DNA of 64,000 nucleotides. It comes from Ophelia neglecta (taxonomy: Eukaryota). The stretch lies in contig OZ260665.1 of NCBI GenBank assembly GCA_965285935.1, positions 54,746,001 to 54,810,000 of the forward strand. Reading direction: 5' to 3'. A program made the translations under genes and the position numbers. Positions 26,101-39,481 of the stretch are shown here, one piece after another. Each line of letters begins with the position of its first letter. The stretch's first letter is position 1. The notes under the pieces were generated by a model. That model was not told the DNA's origin, did not search any database, and worked only from the letters and a program-made list of their open reading frames with translations.

Positions 26101-28277
26101 AGGCGCCGGGATCCCAGTAGAAGGTGCTGGAATAGGGGCTGGAGCTATAGCCGGGTAGTCCTTTCCTTGCATCATACCACTTCCTCCATTAGACATCCCA
26201 TTGCTATTGCCGTACCCAGAATGAGGAGCCTGGGCTCCAGTGGATGGGACGGGAGCATGGCCGGGGAAGACCATGCCATTCATATTCATACCATTCATCA
26301 TACCATTCATTAGGTTTGTGCTTGAGGCAGATGGCCCTTGACCCATCATATTGACCGATCCTACCGGTCGAACTTCGTATCCGTATGAACTGTAACCATT
26401 GCCAACATGTTCGGCATTGCCATTTTCTCCATTACCGTTGCCGTATCCGGATTCAGGCGCCGGGATCCCAGTAGAAGGTGTTGGAGTAGGAGCTGGAGCT
26501 ATAGTCGGGTAGTCCTTTCCTTGCATCATACCACTTCCGCCATTAGTCATTCCATTGCTATTGCCGTACCCAGATTGGGGAGCCTGGGTACCAGTGGATG
26601 GGAGGGGGGCATGGCCGGGGTAGACCATGCCATTCATATTCATGCCATTCATCATACCTTTCATTTGGTTTGTGTTTGAGGCTGAAGGGCTTTTACCCAT
26701 CATTTGTGAGGAATCTGTAGGTTGAACTCCGTATCCGTATGATCCGTATCCATATCCAACGGGCCCTTGGTTTGTATTGTCTCCAGGGTTGCCATTTTCT
26801 TCCATACCTTCTTGACCATTTCCATTACCGTTGCCGTATACGAATTGAGGCGCCGGGATCCCAGGAGTAGGTCCTGGGGTAGGAGCTGGAGCTATAGTCT
26901 GGTAGTCCTTTCCTTGCATCATTCCATTTGCCATTCCGTAGCCATAACCATACCCTGATTGAGGAGCCGGGGTAACAGTGGATGGGGCGGGAGCCGGGTT
27001 TGGATTGGTCATGCCATATATATTCTTGTTTTTCGTCATCCCTTTCATGTCGTTTGTATTTGGGGTGCCAGGGGTTGGACTCGTCATACCTTTCCCACCT
27101 TTGTTGTCTTCATTCATCATCATGTTGTTTTTCATCATATTAGCAGAAGGACCAGTAGGGTATGGTTGCTTGGGTGGATTGTGCACAACATTCATCATCT
27201 TCATCATCTGGTCCTTCATTTCATTTATACTCATGCCATGGTCTGGGTAAGGGCTTGGTACTTGGTCAGGATTAGGTGTAGTATCCGGAGTGCCGGCACC
27301 AGCTTCCATGTCAATAACACTGCTGATAAAATACCCACCATAAAACGGGCTGTACTTATAACCGGGAGGAATACCTATAAAATAAGACAAAGATCCCTAT
27401 AATTGATTGCGTAGACTTATGTTATTGACTTTCAACACAACAATAGTTCACCTTATACTTATCAAAGTGGTTAATGCAAAGAGTGTTCTATTGCTGTTAC
27501 AGTCTTATATCAAATTGTACAAGGTGTAATAACAAGAATAGTTATTGGGTGGTAACTCATGTCCTTATATATGAAGCACCATCTTGGATCTCTATTGAGT
27601 GTACATAGGATGTAAGCATACCTAGTTTTGCCATCCTGGAGACACTAAAATCGTTGATTTTGTGGCGTAATTTAACTAGAAACACTAATTTTTGTATTTT
27701 CTCTCCAATGAAAAAATATTCTAGACTTAAATAAAATAAATTCAGAAAAAGACCGTTTTTGTTTTGTATTCATTTGCTTTTTTATTTACAGATTACATAA
27801 AAAGAACAGCTTAAAGCATGCACTGTGCTTTTAAGATCGTTCATATGTTGAGACCTACAAAAATGTCGCATGCATGTTTTATAATACAACTATGGACGTT
27901 GATCAGTTGATTGGGAATGTGGACCAACAATTAGTCTTTCGGGAGGTGTCCAGTGAACTTTTCCTTTAACCTTCGGTGTCGGGATCAAATTTCACCGGAC
28001 ACCTTCCCTGGAATCAATAGTTTGGCCTAGTTCGAATTTCCAAGTCAAGGTCCATGACAGTTTACTAGCTATCTAACATGGGAGACTCCTTAGTCAGGGT
28101 ACGTTAGGGTGAAAAAAGGTCCTGATGGACATTTGTTCCCGGGGTGGTGGATAAGGGCTCACAGAAGTACAGGTGCTGAAATAAACAAAAAAATAAACCC
28201 TACGAAAAGACGTACTTACCCCTGACAAGCGTTCCTGCTAGCATAAAGAGAATTATGAATGGCGAAACAGTCCACAT
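23173..28277 (-). CDS. G2: secreted Gly/Asn/Met/Tyr/Pro-rich repetitive protein with a ChtBD2-like module; join(28220-28277, 23173-27374), 1419 aa
   Basis: Exon 1 encodes MWTVSPFIILFMLAGTLVR, then G|GTAAGT (58 nt, the same length as in G1). The acceptor TTTTATAG|GT at 27374 is phase 1 and in frame with the 1405-aa ORF. Cys module at 24130-24255; ends PRKKHLDITISLNQHK. Confidence 0.9.
23398..24030 (-). repeat. Coding 84-bp (28-aa) repeat GYGYGSATDNGDNQGMMNGNGMTNGQTN, 7 copies plus a partial
   Basis: Counted in the translation; the 84-nt period is visible (23401, 23485, ...). Confidence 0.95.
24830..26960 (-). repeat. Coding long repeats (~350-390 nt units of two types) in G2
   Basis: The GDNTNQGPVGYGYGSYGYGVQPTDSS block occurs at ~26767, 26026 and 25633; the EVRPVGSVNMMGQG block at ~26350 and 25210, with a diverged copy at ~24850. 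Confidence 0.9.
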
Positions 28278-28346
28278 GTTTGTAAAGGATCTGTTTGCGA
28301 TCAGACCATCAAAGGATATTGTGTGACCCTCTATTGCGGCAGCAGG

Positions 28347-28354
28347 TTTATATA
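28347..28354 (-). promoter_or_regulatory. G2 TATA box (TATATAAA)
   Basis: About 70 nt upstream of the ATG at 28277. Confidence 0.65.
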
Positions 28355-30590
28355 GCCCTTGCAGGAGACGTTACATCAATAGGTGTCACGTGTGAGACAA
28401 GACCTTAGGCAAATGCTTCAAGCAGGGACATTTGCCTTTCAGACATACTCAAATATTGGTAATACTGAAGTTAAAAAGCCATCGGCTTTCGCTACGCACA
28501 GTAGGCCTACTCTTATTTCAAGGTTACCTTTGTCTTGAATATATTTCATCCCATTTTTATTATTAGCAAGCATCCTGTTACTTCGTTGACATGAATATCT
28601 GCAATCAAATTGAGGATTGCTATCCAAATTCTTATGTAGGTGCTGTCTTCAGTAATATATTAGAGAAAATAAAAAGTACTCAGGTTTAAGACTTTGGCGG
28701 TGCATTTTTTTGTGTGTTTTTTTTTTGTTTCGTTTTAAATATTTTAAATATTCCCGCTCTATCTAAGACGTTTACTAGGTTTAAGGAAGAATTTAAGGTT
28801 GTTTAAAGATATGATTAAACTTGTTTTTTAAAATGTTCAAAATAACATTGTGCAAACACCCAAACGATACTCAAAACAATCTTTAGGGCATTGTCTTAGG
28901 GCAGTAATGACATCATTAATGAAATATTTATTAAAAATATTAAAATGTGCCAAGGGGCGCTTCCTTTGAGGTGTCTACAGGTTAACATGGCTATAAAACC
29001 CTCGTTAACAGGTGGCCAAGCGCGCAGCAGGGCTTCTCGTGCTTACATTTGTTATACGTGCACTAAGTTGACGCTAGCATCATAAATCATGATACCTAAT
29101 ATCGCCCTAATCAAGGACAAGAAGCAATCGAGGACTGGCAAAATGACGTACATGAATTGTTTACCAGATATCACAGCCCCCGCTTATACTGAAGGTTCCG
29201 ATATATAAAGTTAGATCGAATACCCAGATACAATGAACCATCGTCACTCTTTGAAATGCCGTTTTTTTAGAAAAAAACGAGTCTACTGACTTTGGAACAT
29301 TATTTTTTGAACTACAGTTCTAAGCTCATTACAATTGAATATTGCATGATTATATTTCATCTATTTCAAAGAAAATTCCCAAATGTAGTTCTTTTGAAAT
29401 CGACATTGTTAAAAAGTGCACGAATTGAGACACCCCCGAGTCACTTGAGCATACTTCACTTGCCTACATAGAAGTACCCGTTCAAAGTACAATATAATGG
29501 CCTATGCTTTCTTTAAAGATTTTTGTCTCTCAATTTTTCAAAATAATGTTTTATTCCAATTTTCTTCTACATTACATAATAATACATCGTTTAAAAAAAA
29601 TGATTATATATATTTGGTTTACATCTTAACTTTTATATCTTAATTCTAATATAAAAATTATTATATTTATGATACCACTTTATAATGATAAATAGGAAGG
29701 GTTTTAAAGGACACGTTTTGTTCTCAAATATCGTTCAAAGCAATATGTCATTAAACAGTACCCCGACTCAATCCGCGCTAATTATATATTGAGTACAAAA
29801 TTACATTTATCTTGATATAAAATGGAGCCTTTGGGTTATATTCATCAATAACATCATTGTTAAATATTTGACTACATAATAACACATACATTAATATACC
29901 TTTACTGTCCATTTACATAAATGTGTCAGATTTATGCTGATTAAGCATTTTCATTTACAATTGAATAGACGCCTTTATGTGCTATATATTGTCTAAAACA
30001 AATTATGATTCTGCAATGAGTTAATTATTAATGAATAGTCTAATGACAACTAATGAGTAAAACTTTCATCATTAGACTGTAAATTGTCTGGGATGTCTGA
30101 GGTCCCGTTCATTGTCATTAAGAGCAAGGAATTTACCTACTCAATTACATAAAATTTTCATGACTTAGAAATGGTATTTTACCATACAATTTTTCTCCTG
30201 TATTTGTTTTCATTTATTATATGCAAGCGCCCAGTGAAGGTTATCAATTCACGTTAAGCTGTGTGTTAGCTACAATTTTATAACAATCTTGTCCACATTC
30301 ATTGGCATAATCTATGGCAAGATGTACTTTGTTTCGACCACAAGAGAAAAGTAGCGCTATGGAAGTAATTGTTTGTTTCAGTCCCATTATTCATCATAAA
30401 ATTGATCGGGTCGAAGCACGTGTTAATGTACCAGGTTCATGAGAGCTTAAGGCCTAACAGGCCTATATGTTGTTTGTCAACTTCTGATCAGTTGTCCTGA
30501 ACCACAACGCATTCAAATGATCTGTAACGTGTACCCTTAAAGCGTTTGAAGCAAATTGCTTAAAAAGGTGACAGTTGCGTGATTTTGTGT

Positions 30591-30638
30591 CTTTAAGTCT
30601 AGGACACAAGAAAGCTTTCTTGTGTCCTAGCTTTAAGT
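30591..30638. mobile_element. 32-bp perfect palindrome flanked by an 8-bp direct repeat (minimal DNA-transposon relic)
   Basis: CTTTAAGT-CTAGGACACAAGAAAGCTTTCTTGTGTCCTAG-CTTTAAGT. Confidence 0.7.
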
Positions 30639-33508
30639 CAAAAAGGTTACAAAAGACAATTCATATTGATATTTGAGGATAAATTTTTCGACAAATACTG
30701 GTTATATGATTATATTGTTATAAAGACCCAGTTTAATAACAAGTTTACATAAAACAGCGCAATTAATCGTATACGCCTACCCATACAGAATAACTTTAAT
30801 AAAACCTTAGTATTAAACCAGTTTACATGCACTTCACCTGTTTTAAATTGTGCACCTGCTATGGTAAACATTACACAGTCATGTTTTACAATTGCATTAA
30901 ACTGAAGGTGAAATAATAAAAAAGAGCTGTAGTAAAACAGTTTTATGCCTTAGTTTCCACTATTATATACTATAGTAAACAAATTAAGTTTCCTAATGAT
31001 ATAATAAAATGAACTTCATCTCTTTAATGATTAAAGGCTGATTTAAAATATGTGATATATTTCAAGGTCGTTACCAAATTCGCGAAACAAAGGGTATTTT
31101 TTCTCAACTTCGCATGTCCGGACAAACCCTTAATTGGGGTATTTTCAAATACACTTGGCGAAATGAAAAAAGGACATTTTCCAATGTGATTCCAAATGGC
31201 CAGGAAGTTTCCATGGCTGTATTCATAATATGTGAATTCCCTGTCGAAAAGGAATTATTAAGCATTTCTTTTCCTTACTAGTGTTGCTCTGCATTAGGCA
31301 AAGAAAACATTTTGTAGACAATAGTGGTACCCATTCAGCAATTTGTTTCTGTTATACGTCAATGATTTGGCAAATGTTTCTTTATTTATCATTTATTAGT
31401 TGATGATTCAAATGCTTTTATTACTGGTAAACATTTAAAGGGTTTCGATTGGCACAATAAACAGTGAGGTGACGACATTTGTTAAATGGCTTCAAATTAG
31501 CAAGCCTACTGTTTTTCTCTCATACATATTTCGCAGAGGCAAAGTTTTCGATACGTTTTCGATACGTCAAGTCGGAAAATTAAACTGCTAAGGACAACAA
31601 ATAACATTCTTTGGGCAAGGAACAAAGGAGTGTTAAAGATAGTGTGAGGTAAGGGTACGGTTCCACAAGAGTTGGCTTTCGCTCCCCTATCGGCACAATG
31701 AAAAAAGTCATCTGCGTGAATGAAAGGGATGTGGGTTTAAAAAAGGAGGGAGGGTTAGAAGGTTAGGCAATTGTTATTTGTTGGGGCCATAAAGTAAAGT
31801 TTTCGGTGACGAGAGTCAAAGATCTTGAGGGAGGGGAGGAGAATTGGCCATTTGAAAAGCGTACAGGTATGGCAGAAAGAAATATATTTAGTATATTTTT
31901 GTCATAAGTCATAAATAAAACATACATGTTTTACATCAAATATAGGAGATACCAGAATAACCGTGTACTGGTCAAATAACCTGACGCTACAATTCGATTT
32001 TGGTGGCTCACTCATGTTCGACATGTACATCAAAATGAGATATTAGACCTATGACTTTCTAATGATAGAACATTGAGCGTGAAAAATAAAAATCAGAAAA
32101 AGTGATATGGTGGGTTAGTCTTAATCTACCCTGTATCATTTTTAAATCATTGTTGCACCTTTTTTTGAAGGTACAAGGAACACTTCAATAGTTGTATACT
32201 TTTGTGTTAAAGTCACATTTTGCGTTAATATACAAAAAACGCAATATGTTAATGTACTAATCGGTATATTGTGCTCTTCATCCTAAATCTATCGATAACC
32301 TATATCATAGAAAAAAGGAACTTAATTTTTTATTTAATGAATATAAAATATCGAAAATAGAAGACTTTGGGTTTTTACTTTGCCTTATTAATTAACATAA
32401 ATTCGAGATAATAATTATAAATTAATAAGTTTATTACCATGTGATAACAAAATCTCACATACAAATGAATCAATAGAGAAAAACGTCAGATAATATGATC
32501 TGAAAGCTGACAGCAAAAACAACAACAAAAAAGGCGCAAATAGTCCTAGAGTAAAAAAGTCAATCTCATGATTGCAACATAAAGTTACACTTACATGTCT
32601 AGCAGAAGTTGTTAGCTTGTATGACTTGAAATTCCGGACTCTTGTTAACATTTAATCCCAAATAAATGCGATTTTGGAGACTTGGTCGCCTGAAGGAATG
32701 CATAACTCATATAAAGGTTCCTTCCCATAAAAGTGAGCTCAGTCTGCAAGTAGTACTTGGAAGTCAAATATACCTTGTTATAAGAAGAAAATTTCCCGAC
32801 GCTTAAGATGCGACCCAGGTTTTTTTTCTAATATTTCGAGGCTGGCGTTACCCAGCTACAGAAAGCCCATCCCATGTAAATGTGTACACGGGGCATGGCA
32901 GAACACAAGGGAATGCATTCCTAATTTTGCTTTCCGAAAGCAAAGTTAGGAACGCATCTAGCAAAGCTATGCAAAATGCTACGACTGTTAATGGAGGGTG
33001 TTATTTTTATGAACAATAATTCTTGCAAAGTAGGCCTTTGCAATCCTTCTCCATTACGAAGCTAATCGGGATCTGTGCTCGAAGCTACCTAGGTTTTAAA
33101 AACTCTCTTGATTGGTGTTGAGATATTTCTATACAGCCTCCGGATGAAATGGCAAGATTATATCGGATGTTAGGATACCTTATCAGAGACGCATATTTCG
33201 AGGAGTATCTAACCAAGTTGGCTGACACATTTTCTATGCAAGAATTGTTGATATAGGACAATGTTTGATAATAATTCTCTCTTACATCTTATTGAAATCT
33301 CAGCAACTTTAAATGTTATTTGCCCACTTCAGTTGCTCCATATGTATAGAGGTACATGCAAAGGTTTGAAACTAGCGAGCTTTTATCGAAAGTATTAATA
33401 TTCCTGCCGAACAATAGAACCTATCAATGCATTGTATTCGGCGACAGAAGACTCTATTGAAGGGTCCCCACATAGATTGACATCAACAAAAGCACAGGAT
33501 TTAAGCAA

Positions 33509-33544
33509 TTTATTCTTATTCACATTATTCACAAGAAGGACGGA
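33509..33544 (-). promoter_or_regulatory. G3 3' UTR: miR-184 7mer-m8 seed site (33538-33544) and AATAAA (33509-33514)
   Basis: The minus strand reads TCCGTCC, 23 nt, then AATAAA. Confidence 0.65.
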
Positions 33545-33821
33545 TATTTTATATTACTTATATAATATCGGTAGATTCCGCTCTTTCTAATATTCAGCAA
33601 GCTGGATAACATGTCGGCTGTCTTTTATGTTTCGTTGTCGGTAACCAGTTAAGCAAAGTCTGAAGCAGGAGGTTATTTCCCCAAACACCTTTCCTTATTG
33701 AGTCTCCTCGGCAGGTTTGTCTCGGACGATTTTTTTTTCTGAATAACAGAATATAATGATACTCTTGCATTGCGATTTGAACGAGTAATAATTATGTATT
33801 CATTCTGCAGTGTGTAAAATG

Positions 33822-36255
33822 TCAATCTCCTGATTTGCCGTACGAGTTTTCGCCTACATTGTAGACACAGATGAAAAGGTCACTGTGGAAGAGTGTCCCG
33901 TGAGGACATGACATGTTGGTCCAGACGCCATTGTGACACACCTGGAACTCGCTTGCCGAGTAATAGACCGGCCTGATATCTCCGTAGATACAGTCAGTGT
34001 TTCCGGGAGGCATCATAGTCATACCGGGGCCAGGAGTGGGCATTGGTGTCGGGGGAGGAGTAGGAGCTGCTGTTGGAGCCGCAGTAGGCGCGAGGGTCGT
34101 GGTCGTAGGCGGAGTTGGAGCCGGGGTAGGGGCTGGGGGAGGACCATTCGGGACCCACCATGGGTAGGAACCCGGTGCCTGTCCTGCGGGATGGACAGGA
34201 GGAAAACCATAAGGCATACTGGGTGGTGCAGGAGTTTGGGTGGGAGGTGATGGGGTAGGGGCGGGGGGAGATGGTGTCGGAACAGGGGGAGATGGGGTTG
34301 GAGCAGGGGGAGACGGAGTAGGTGAAGGGGTCCCCGGAGGAGGGGGTGGTCCGCCGTTGTCCGGCATCCAGGGATTAGCCGAGTCATCACCCCATGGAAA
34401 ATTAAAGGGGAAGTAGTGATGAAGGTTGTAGATGTTAACAGGAGCTTGCCCGGGAGAAGGAGAGGGACCTTGCCAGATAGCGGGGACCGGGGAAGGCACG
34501 GGGGTTGGAGTTGGAGAGGGGGAAGGCGGAGCGGGAGTTGGGGTTGGTGACACAGTCGTGGCAGGTGTAGGGGCTGGAGTGGCCGGCATTTCCGGAGAGG
34601 GGCCTTGTGCCCAGAGATTATTCTGCCACTGGTTGTCTATTAACCACTGGTTGTCACCTGCCCATGGAAGCCATGGCATTCCCCAAGGGTCTGGGTAGGG
34701 GGAAGGTGCCGGAGAAGGCATTGGAGACGGTGCTTGTGTTGGTGATGGAGTTGGAGTCGGAGCGGGGGTAGGCGCTGGAGTGGGCGCTGGAGTAGGCGCT
34801 GGCGTGGGCGCAGGAGTGGGGGCTGGTGTTGGGGCAGGAGTAGGGGAAGGTGGCGTGGGTGTCGGCCCAGGCATTGGTCCTGGCACATGATATGGGTCAT
34901 AGCCATTATGAAAGAAATTATAAGGATTATAGTATCCTGTGTCTTGAAATGTTTGATACAATTGGGGGTGGTATTGACCAAAGCCTGGGTAGACTCCGGG
35001 TCCGGGCTCTGGTACTGTTGGAGGTGGTGGTGGAGGAGGAGTCGTTGTTGTGGTTGTCACAGGTTGTGGTGTGGTGGTTGTCGTTGTCGTTGTTACCGGA
35101 GAAGGCGTTGCAGTGGGGGGTGCAGTTGGTGGCAGAATATTCCACTGGTTGCCGTCGTATAGCGCCGGTTTCCAGTCCCAGCCCTGCCATGCTGGGTTAC
35201 TACTGCCCCACGGGTCGGGCACGGCCGGTTCCGCGGTGTCCTGGACAGCCGACTGAGCCACTGGCACCCAACCATAGCTACCGTCCTTCTGTCGACCTAG
35301 CTGAATAGTGATTTTCACACCTGTAAAATAGAAATCATTAAAAGTGTAGAAGCAGCAACATGGGTACAAGGCATGATGATAATTGATTCTCATCATCATC
35401 ATCATTATTGTCTGTACATAAGAATATTACACCAAATTAATGATGCTATCAACAACTAGAAAACAATGATACAAATTAATTATTTGTAGAATCATAGCTA
35501 TAACTTTTATAGGCTGCAGATAGAGTGAAACATTTTTAGAATGATTTGTTCAACAATGGTTTTAATGAATGTATTTTGATATTTGAAGTTTTAAATTTCA
35601 TTGTTTCTGTTGTGGCACGTGAAAAATGTCAATAGTTCAAACACATTTCAAAATAACTGCAAAAATTCCCTGCCAATTTATATATGTCTATATAAATGTA
35701 TGCATGTCACGAGGTTCTCATTTTCAACAAGCAGCATCTCAATGAACCTCATAATACAAGAAATCAAACCGAATTTATATCTTATATTGTCAGACTTATA
35801 ATTATGAGTATTTACCAAGACAAAATCTAACGACGCAAATTTATTAGAATATTTTAGAATTATAACTGTCCCTCCGGACTCCTGTATTATTACTTTTACT
35901 AAATACACATCTGTTATTCTTTGAAAATTAGAATGTTTTTATATGCCGAAGCACGATATGTCGATTTCGCCTGGCAGTTGAAAAACAGTGCTTAGATTCT
36001 ATCTGCTGACATATAAGACTCATTTCCCTTCAATTCCTTCCCAGTCATAATCTGACACGATCCATAATGGGGTACACGTGTAGAAATAGAAATATGACAT
36101 TTCTCTTTGCAAATCCTGGGTGTGAAAAACCATAGGTGCTTGTATGTAGAACTTATAGATGAAACAACAATGCACTTACTTTTAGCGACGGTTCTGTGGA
36201 TTTCATCTTGTATGACTATTATTCCAAGGATGAGATAGACCAAATTCGTTCTCAT
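33822..36255 (-). CDS. G3: secreted Pro/Thr/Trp-rich protein with a C-terminal 4-Cys ChtBD2-like module; join(36180-36255, 33822-35320), 524 aa
   Basis: Exon 1 encodes MRTNLVYLILGIIVIQDEIHRTVAK, then A|GTAAGT. The acceptor TTTTACAG|GT at 35320 is phase 1 and in frame. Module CIYG...FQVCHNGVWTNMSCPHGTLFHSDLFIC at 33867-33992. Confidence 0.85.
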
Positions 36256-36314
36256 TTTGAGTCAGATATAAGACCGACAATGCGGCCAAATGGAACAAAA
36301 AGCTGTGGGTGTTG

Positions 36315-36322
36315 TTAATATA
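36315..36322 (-). promoter_or_regulatory. G3 TATA-like box (TATATTAA)
   Basis: About 60 nt upstream of the ATG at 36255. Confidence 0.45.
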
Positions 36323-37536
36323 CCGTAACTTGGCAAAATCTATTGATCAAAGCTAATTTAACAATTTCATTGTGATCAAACTATTTAATATTCCGTCTAG
36401 GACGTGTCCTGGCTTTTATGTGTTCTCGATGTTAAATGATTATATTTATTATAATATTGCAATGACTACCAATGAACGGTGAAAGTTTCAATGATATTTG
36501 ATAATGAGTGGTCTACCCGGAGGGCTCCGAGCCTGCTATTAACCGTTACCAACTCTAGAGAGAGGAACGGTCTGTTATAGGGGCAATGACCTACGGGTGA
36601 GGGTCGGCATCATCCCTCGTCTCATCACATGTCAGCTGATTGTAATCGTGCGATGAATTCTAGTAATTATTATAGCATTATTGTAGCATCATTTGTCAAA
36701 GCATTTATAACAATTAGCCTCCCTTGTTTATACATAATGTTGTGCTCGAGGCCACCTCGATGATATTAATATTATTTATAATTATTCGAACGTCATCACC
36801 CTGTTAGTGATAATAAAGAAGTATTTTGCATTAATTTAAAATCAAGGTTACATGAAGACTTATCCCAATTCTGATAAAAGCGATGGAAAATGTTCAATGG
36901 ACTGTTGGGGTAAGCTGCAAGTTATACCAGTAAACTACGCTTTAATAGCATGATCTATAGTGTCTATTTTCAATGGCTTTTGTTGGGACAGAAACCCTTT
37001 GAAAAAAGGAGTTAGGCGTGTTATTAATTGACCGGTTAATGAAAAGTACAATCACTACATTACACGCCATACATATCTAAGAAAACTTGCTATCTGCTAC
37101 ATATAATGCGAGGTTTGTCAGCCATTAATTTTTGCTTAAAAATATAGCAATCGAGTTAATATCCCAAACTAAGGAAAGTAACAAAACTTTATAAATAAAA
37201 GCCAGAAATTTTAGTGGCTGTGTTATCAACCCTTACCCAATTTTATACTGAAGTTAGATTACTTCTTTTATTAACTAAACAATACCGTAATGCAAGGAGA
37301 CGTCACATTGATAAACCTTAAAATTAACTTCGAACACATTTAAAACATGGGCCTACTGGTGAATTAAAGTGTAAATCTTAATAGACATAGGCCTAATAGA
37401 CACGGGCCTACTGATGAAAATTTTACCTTTCATTCACCAACCCTCCAGTATTATACCTATGACAATCTAGAGCTGCCCTAATTGACGTTTTAGCTTAGTT
37501 TTATAATCTATTCTGACGTTACGCATTTGGCGTGAG

Positions 37537-37907
37537 ATGACTAGCCACATGGCATGACACGACTAGCCACATGGCATGGCATGACTAGCCGCATGGCATG
37601 ACATGACTAGCCGCATGGCATGACACGACTAGCCACATGGCATGGCATGACTAGCCGCATGGCATGACATGACTAGCCGCATGGCATGGCAATAATAGCC
37701 GCATGGCATGACATGACTAGCCGCATGGCATGGCAATACTAGCCACATGGAATGACACGACTAGCCGCATGGCATGGCAATACTAGCCACTTGGCATGAA
37801 ATGACTAACCGCATGGCATGACATGACTAGCCGTATGGCATGACATGACTAGCCGCATGGCATGACTCGACTAGCCGCATGGCATGGCATGACATGACCA
37901 GCCACAT
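37537..37907. repeat. 22-bp minisatellite (ATGACTAGCCGCATGGCATGAC), about 17 copies
   Basis: Read directly. Confidence 0.95.
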
Positions 37908-39481
37908 TGATCTATTGAGCCATAAGCAGCAGAAACACGACAACAGTCAATTATACAGATGGTCAGTCATTACATTAGTATAACGTAATTCGTTAATAAA
38001 TGTGGCCAACCTTCCACAATCAGATAAAACAACGTGAAAATGACAATTAAAATGACAATGACATTGAAATTAATTGTTAATAATTCAATACATAGAATCT
38101 TAAGGCCCTCACATTTAGTGTTTCCAAGGGATAACGGCACATAATATGTGTATGCTGTGCGGAAATTCAAGTGCACTGATATAATTATATGATAGTTTGG
38201 TTCCTTAAGAGAAAAATAGACATACTGGTATAAATTTCAGGTTATAAATGCGTCCAGCGCACGGTTTTAGAAAATGTACATGTCGCGGTATTAGTAACTC
38301 CGCCCTTTCATGTGACAGTAACATCTGACCATATGCCAATTGATGGGTTTTAAAACACTGCTTGTGCTAGACACATGCATGAATATATAACGCAGCCAAA
38401 GCAAAGAGTCTAGCTCTCTTATTACCCCCAAAATATGCAAAAGTTACCGGTGAATTGCCTCCTTCTGTAACTAGCAGTATAACAACATAACTCAATGTCG
38501 TTGAAATGTGTATTATCTAACATAACTGTTTGAAAATGGCCCACCGAAGAAGTAGCACCCGTCAACCACTACATAGATAAAACAATAACATGATGTAGCT
38601 TTTATTTGGCCTCCGCTTTTTTCGTGACCGGAGCTGAATGATCAGCAGTCCGACATGGCAGTGGCGTGGCATACTGGCATACTGGCTTACTGATAAGATA
38701 ACTATGGAGGGAAAGTGGCTAAACCGTTGTCGAAAGGACGTACAGGTGTGAAGGAAACTGCCCAGTGTGCTGGTACTTTTCTACTGGCATGGCAGTTGTT
38801 GGCTGTACACTTGCAGCATAACAGAGATGCTGCAGCGCCAATGGTGGTTTTCACCCGAAAACAAAGACGCAAAGAAAAGTTGTAGCTATCCTGGACAGAA
38901 AAAGGGTATAACACCATTCTATCCAGGTTTTTCTACTGATCTCTCTGTCCCCTATAGGGAAACTATCCAATGATAATGACGTTGCTCATATGGGTCATCT
39001 AAGGGGTAACACTCATATGCCCGTGTCACTAATTGTCATCGAGAATTGGACAACACATTTGGAATAGGCCTATACCTCTTCACTTAGAGGAATCACGACT
39101 CCCCTGGCTCAGTGTCTCCACTTCTTTACCCAAGTTTTAATTAACCATCAATTTCCAGTGAATAAAAGTCATCTAAGAATTTTCCTATCAATATGTGGCT
39201 TTACATAAAAGTCATTCAAAAGAATATGTGTCTAAACTGCAAAGTTAGGCAAATACCAATACAAGGCCTCCCTACATATTATATGCCGATATTTGAATTA
39301 ATACATGAGGCATCATATTCCACGCTTCCATGCATATGATTTAATTTACATGCTTAACCTAAAATAATATAGATATTTCTTCCTTTCATCCTGTATCTGG
39401 TAACTATCGTGCTTTATTTCCTAAATTTGTGTTCGGAAAAGGAAGCGACCCAACAAAGAACTTAATTTCAGCATATGATTT

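Noticed and set aside
23342-27402. Multiple plus-strand ORFs over G2 (and likewise over G3 and G4)
   Set aside because: Antisense or alternative-frame by-products of GC-rich repetitive coding sequence.
32913-32957. Imperfect ~21-bp hairpin; also hairpins at 22451-22524
   Set aside because: Outside predicted transcripts and not matching an RNA family I recognise; likely transposon debris.
35321-35405. ORF-track N-termini such as MMMMMRINY (G3), MSYFI (G2) and MNSIPTVFFIA (G4)
   Set aside because: Intronic sequence upstream of the acceptors; the true starts are in the signal-peptide exons.
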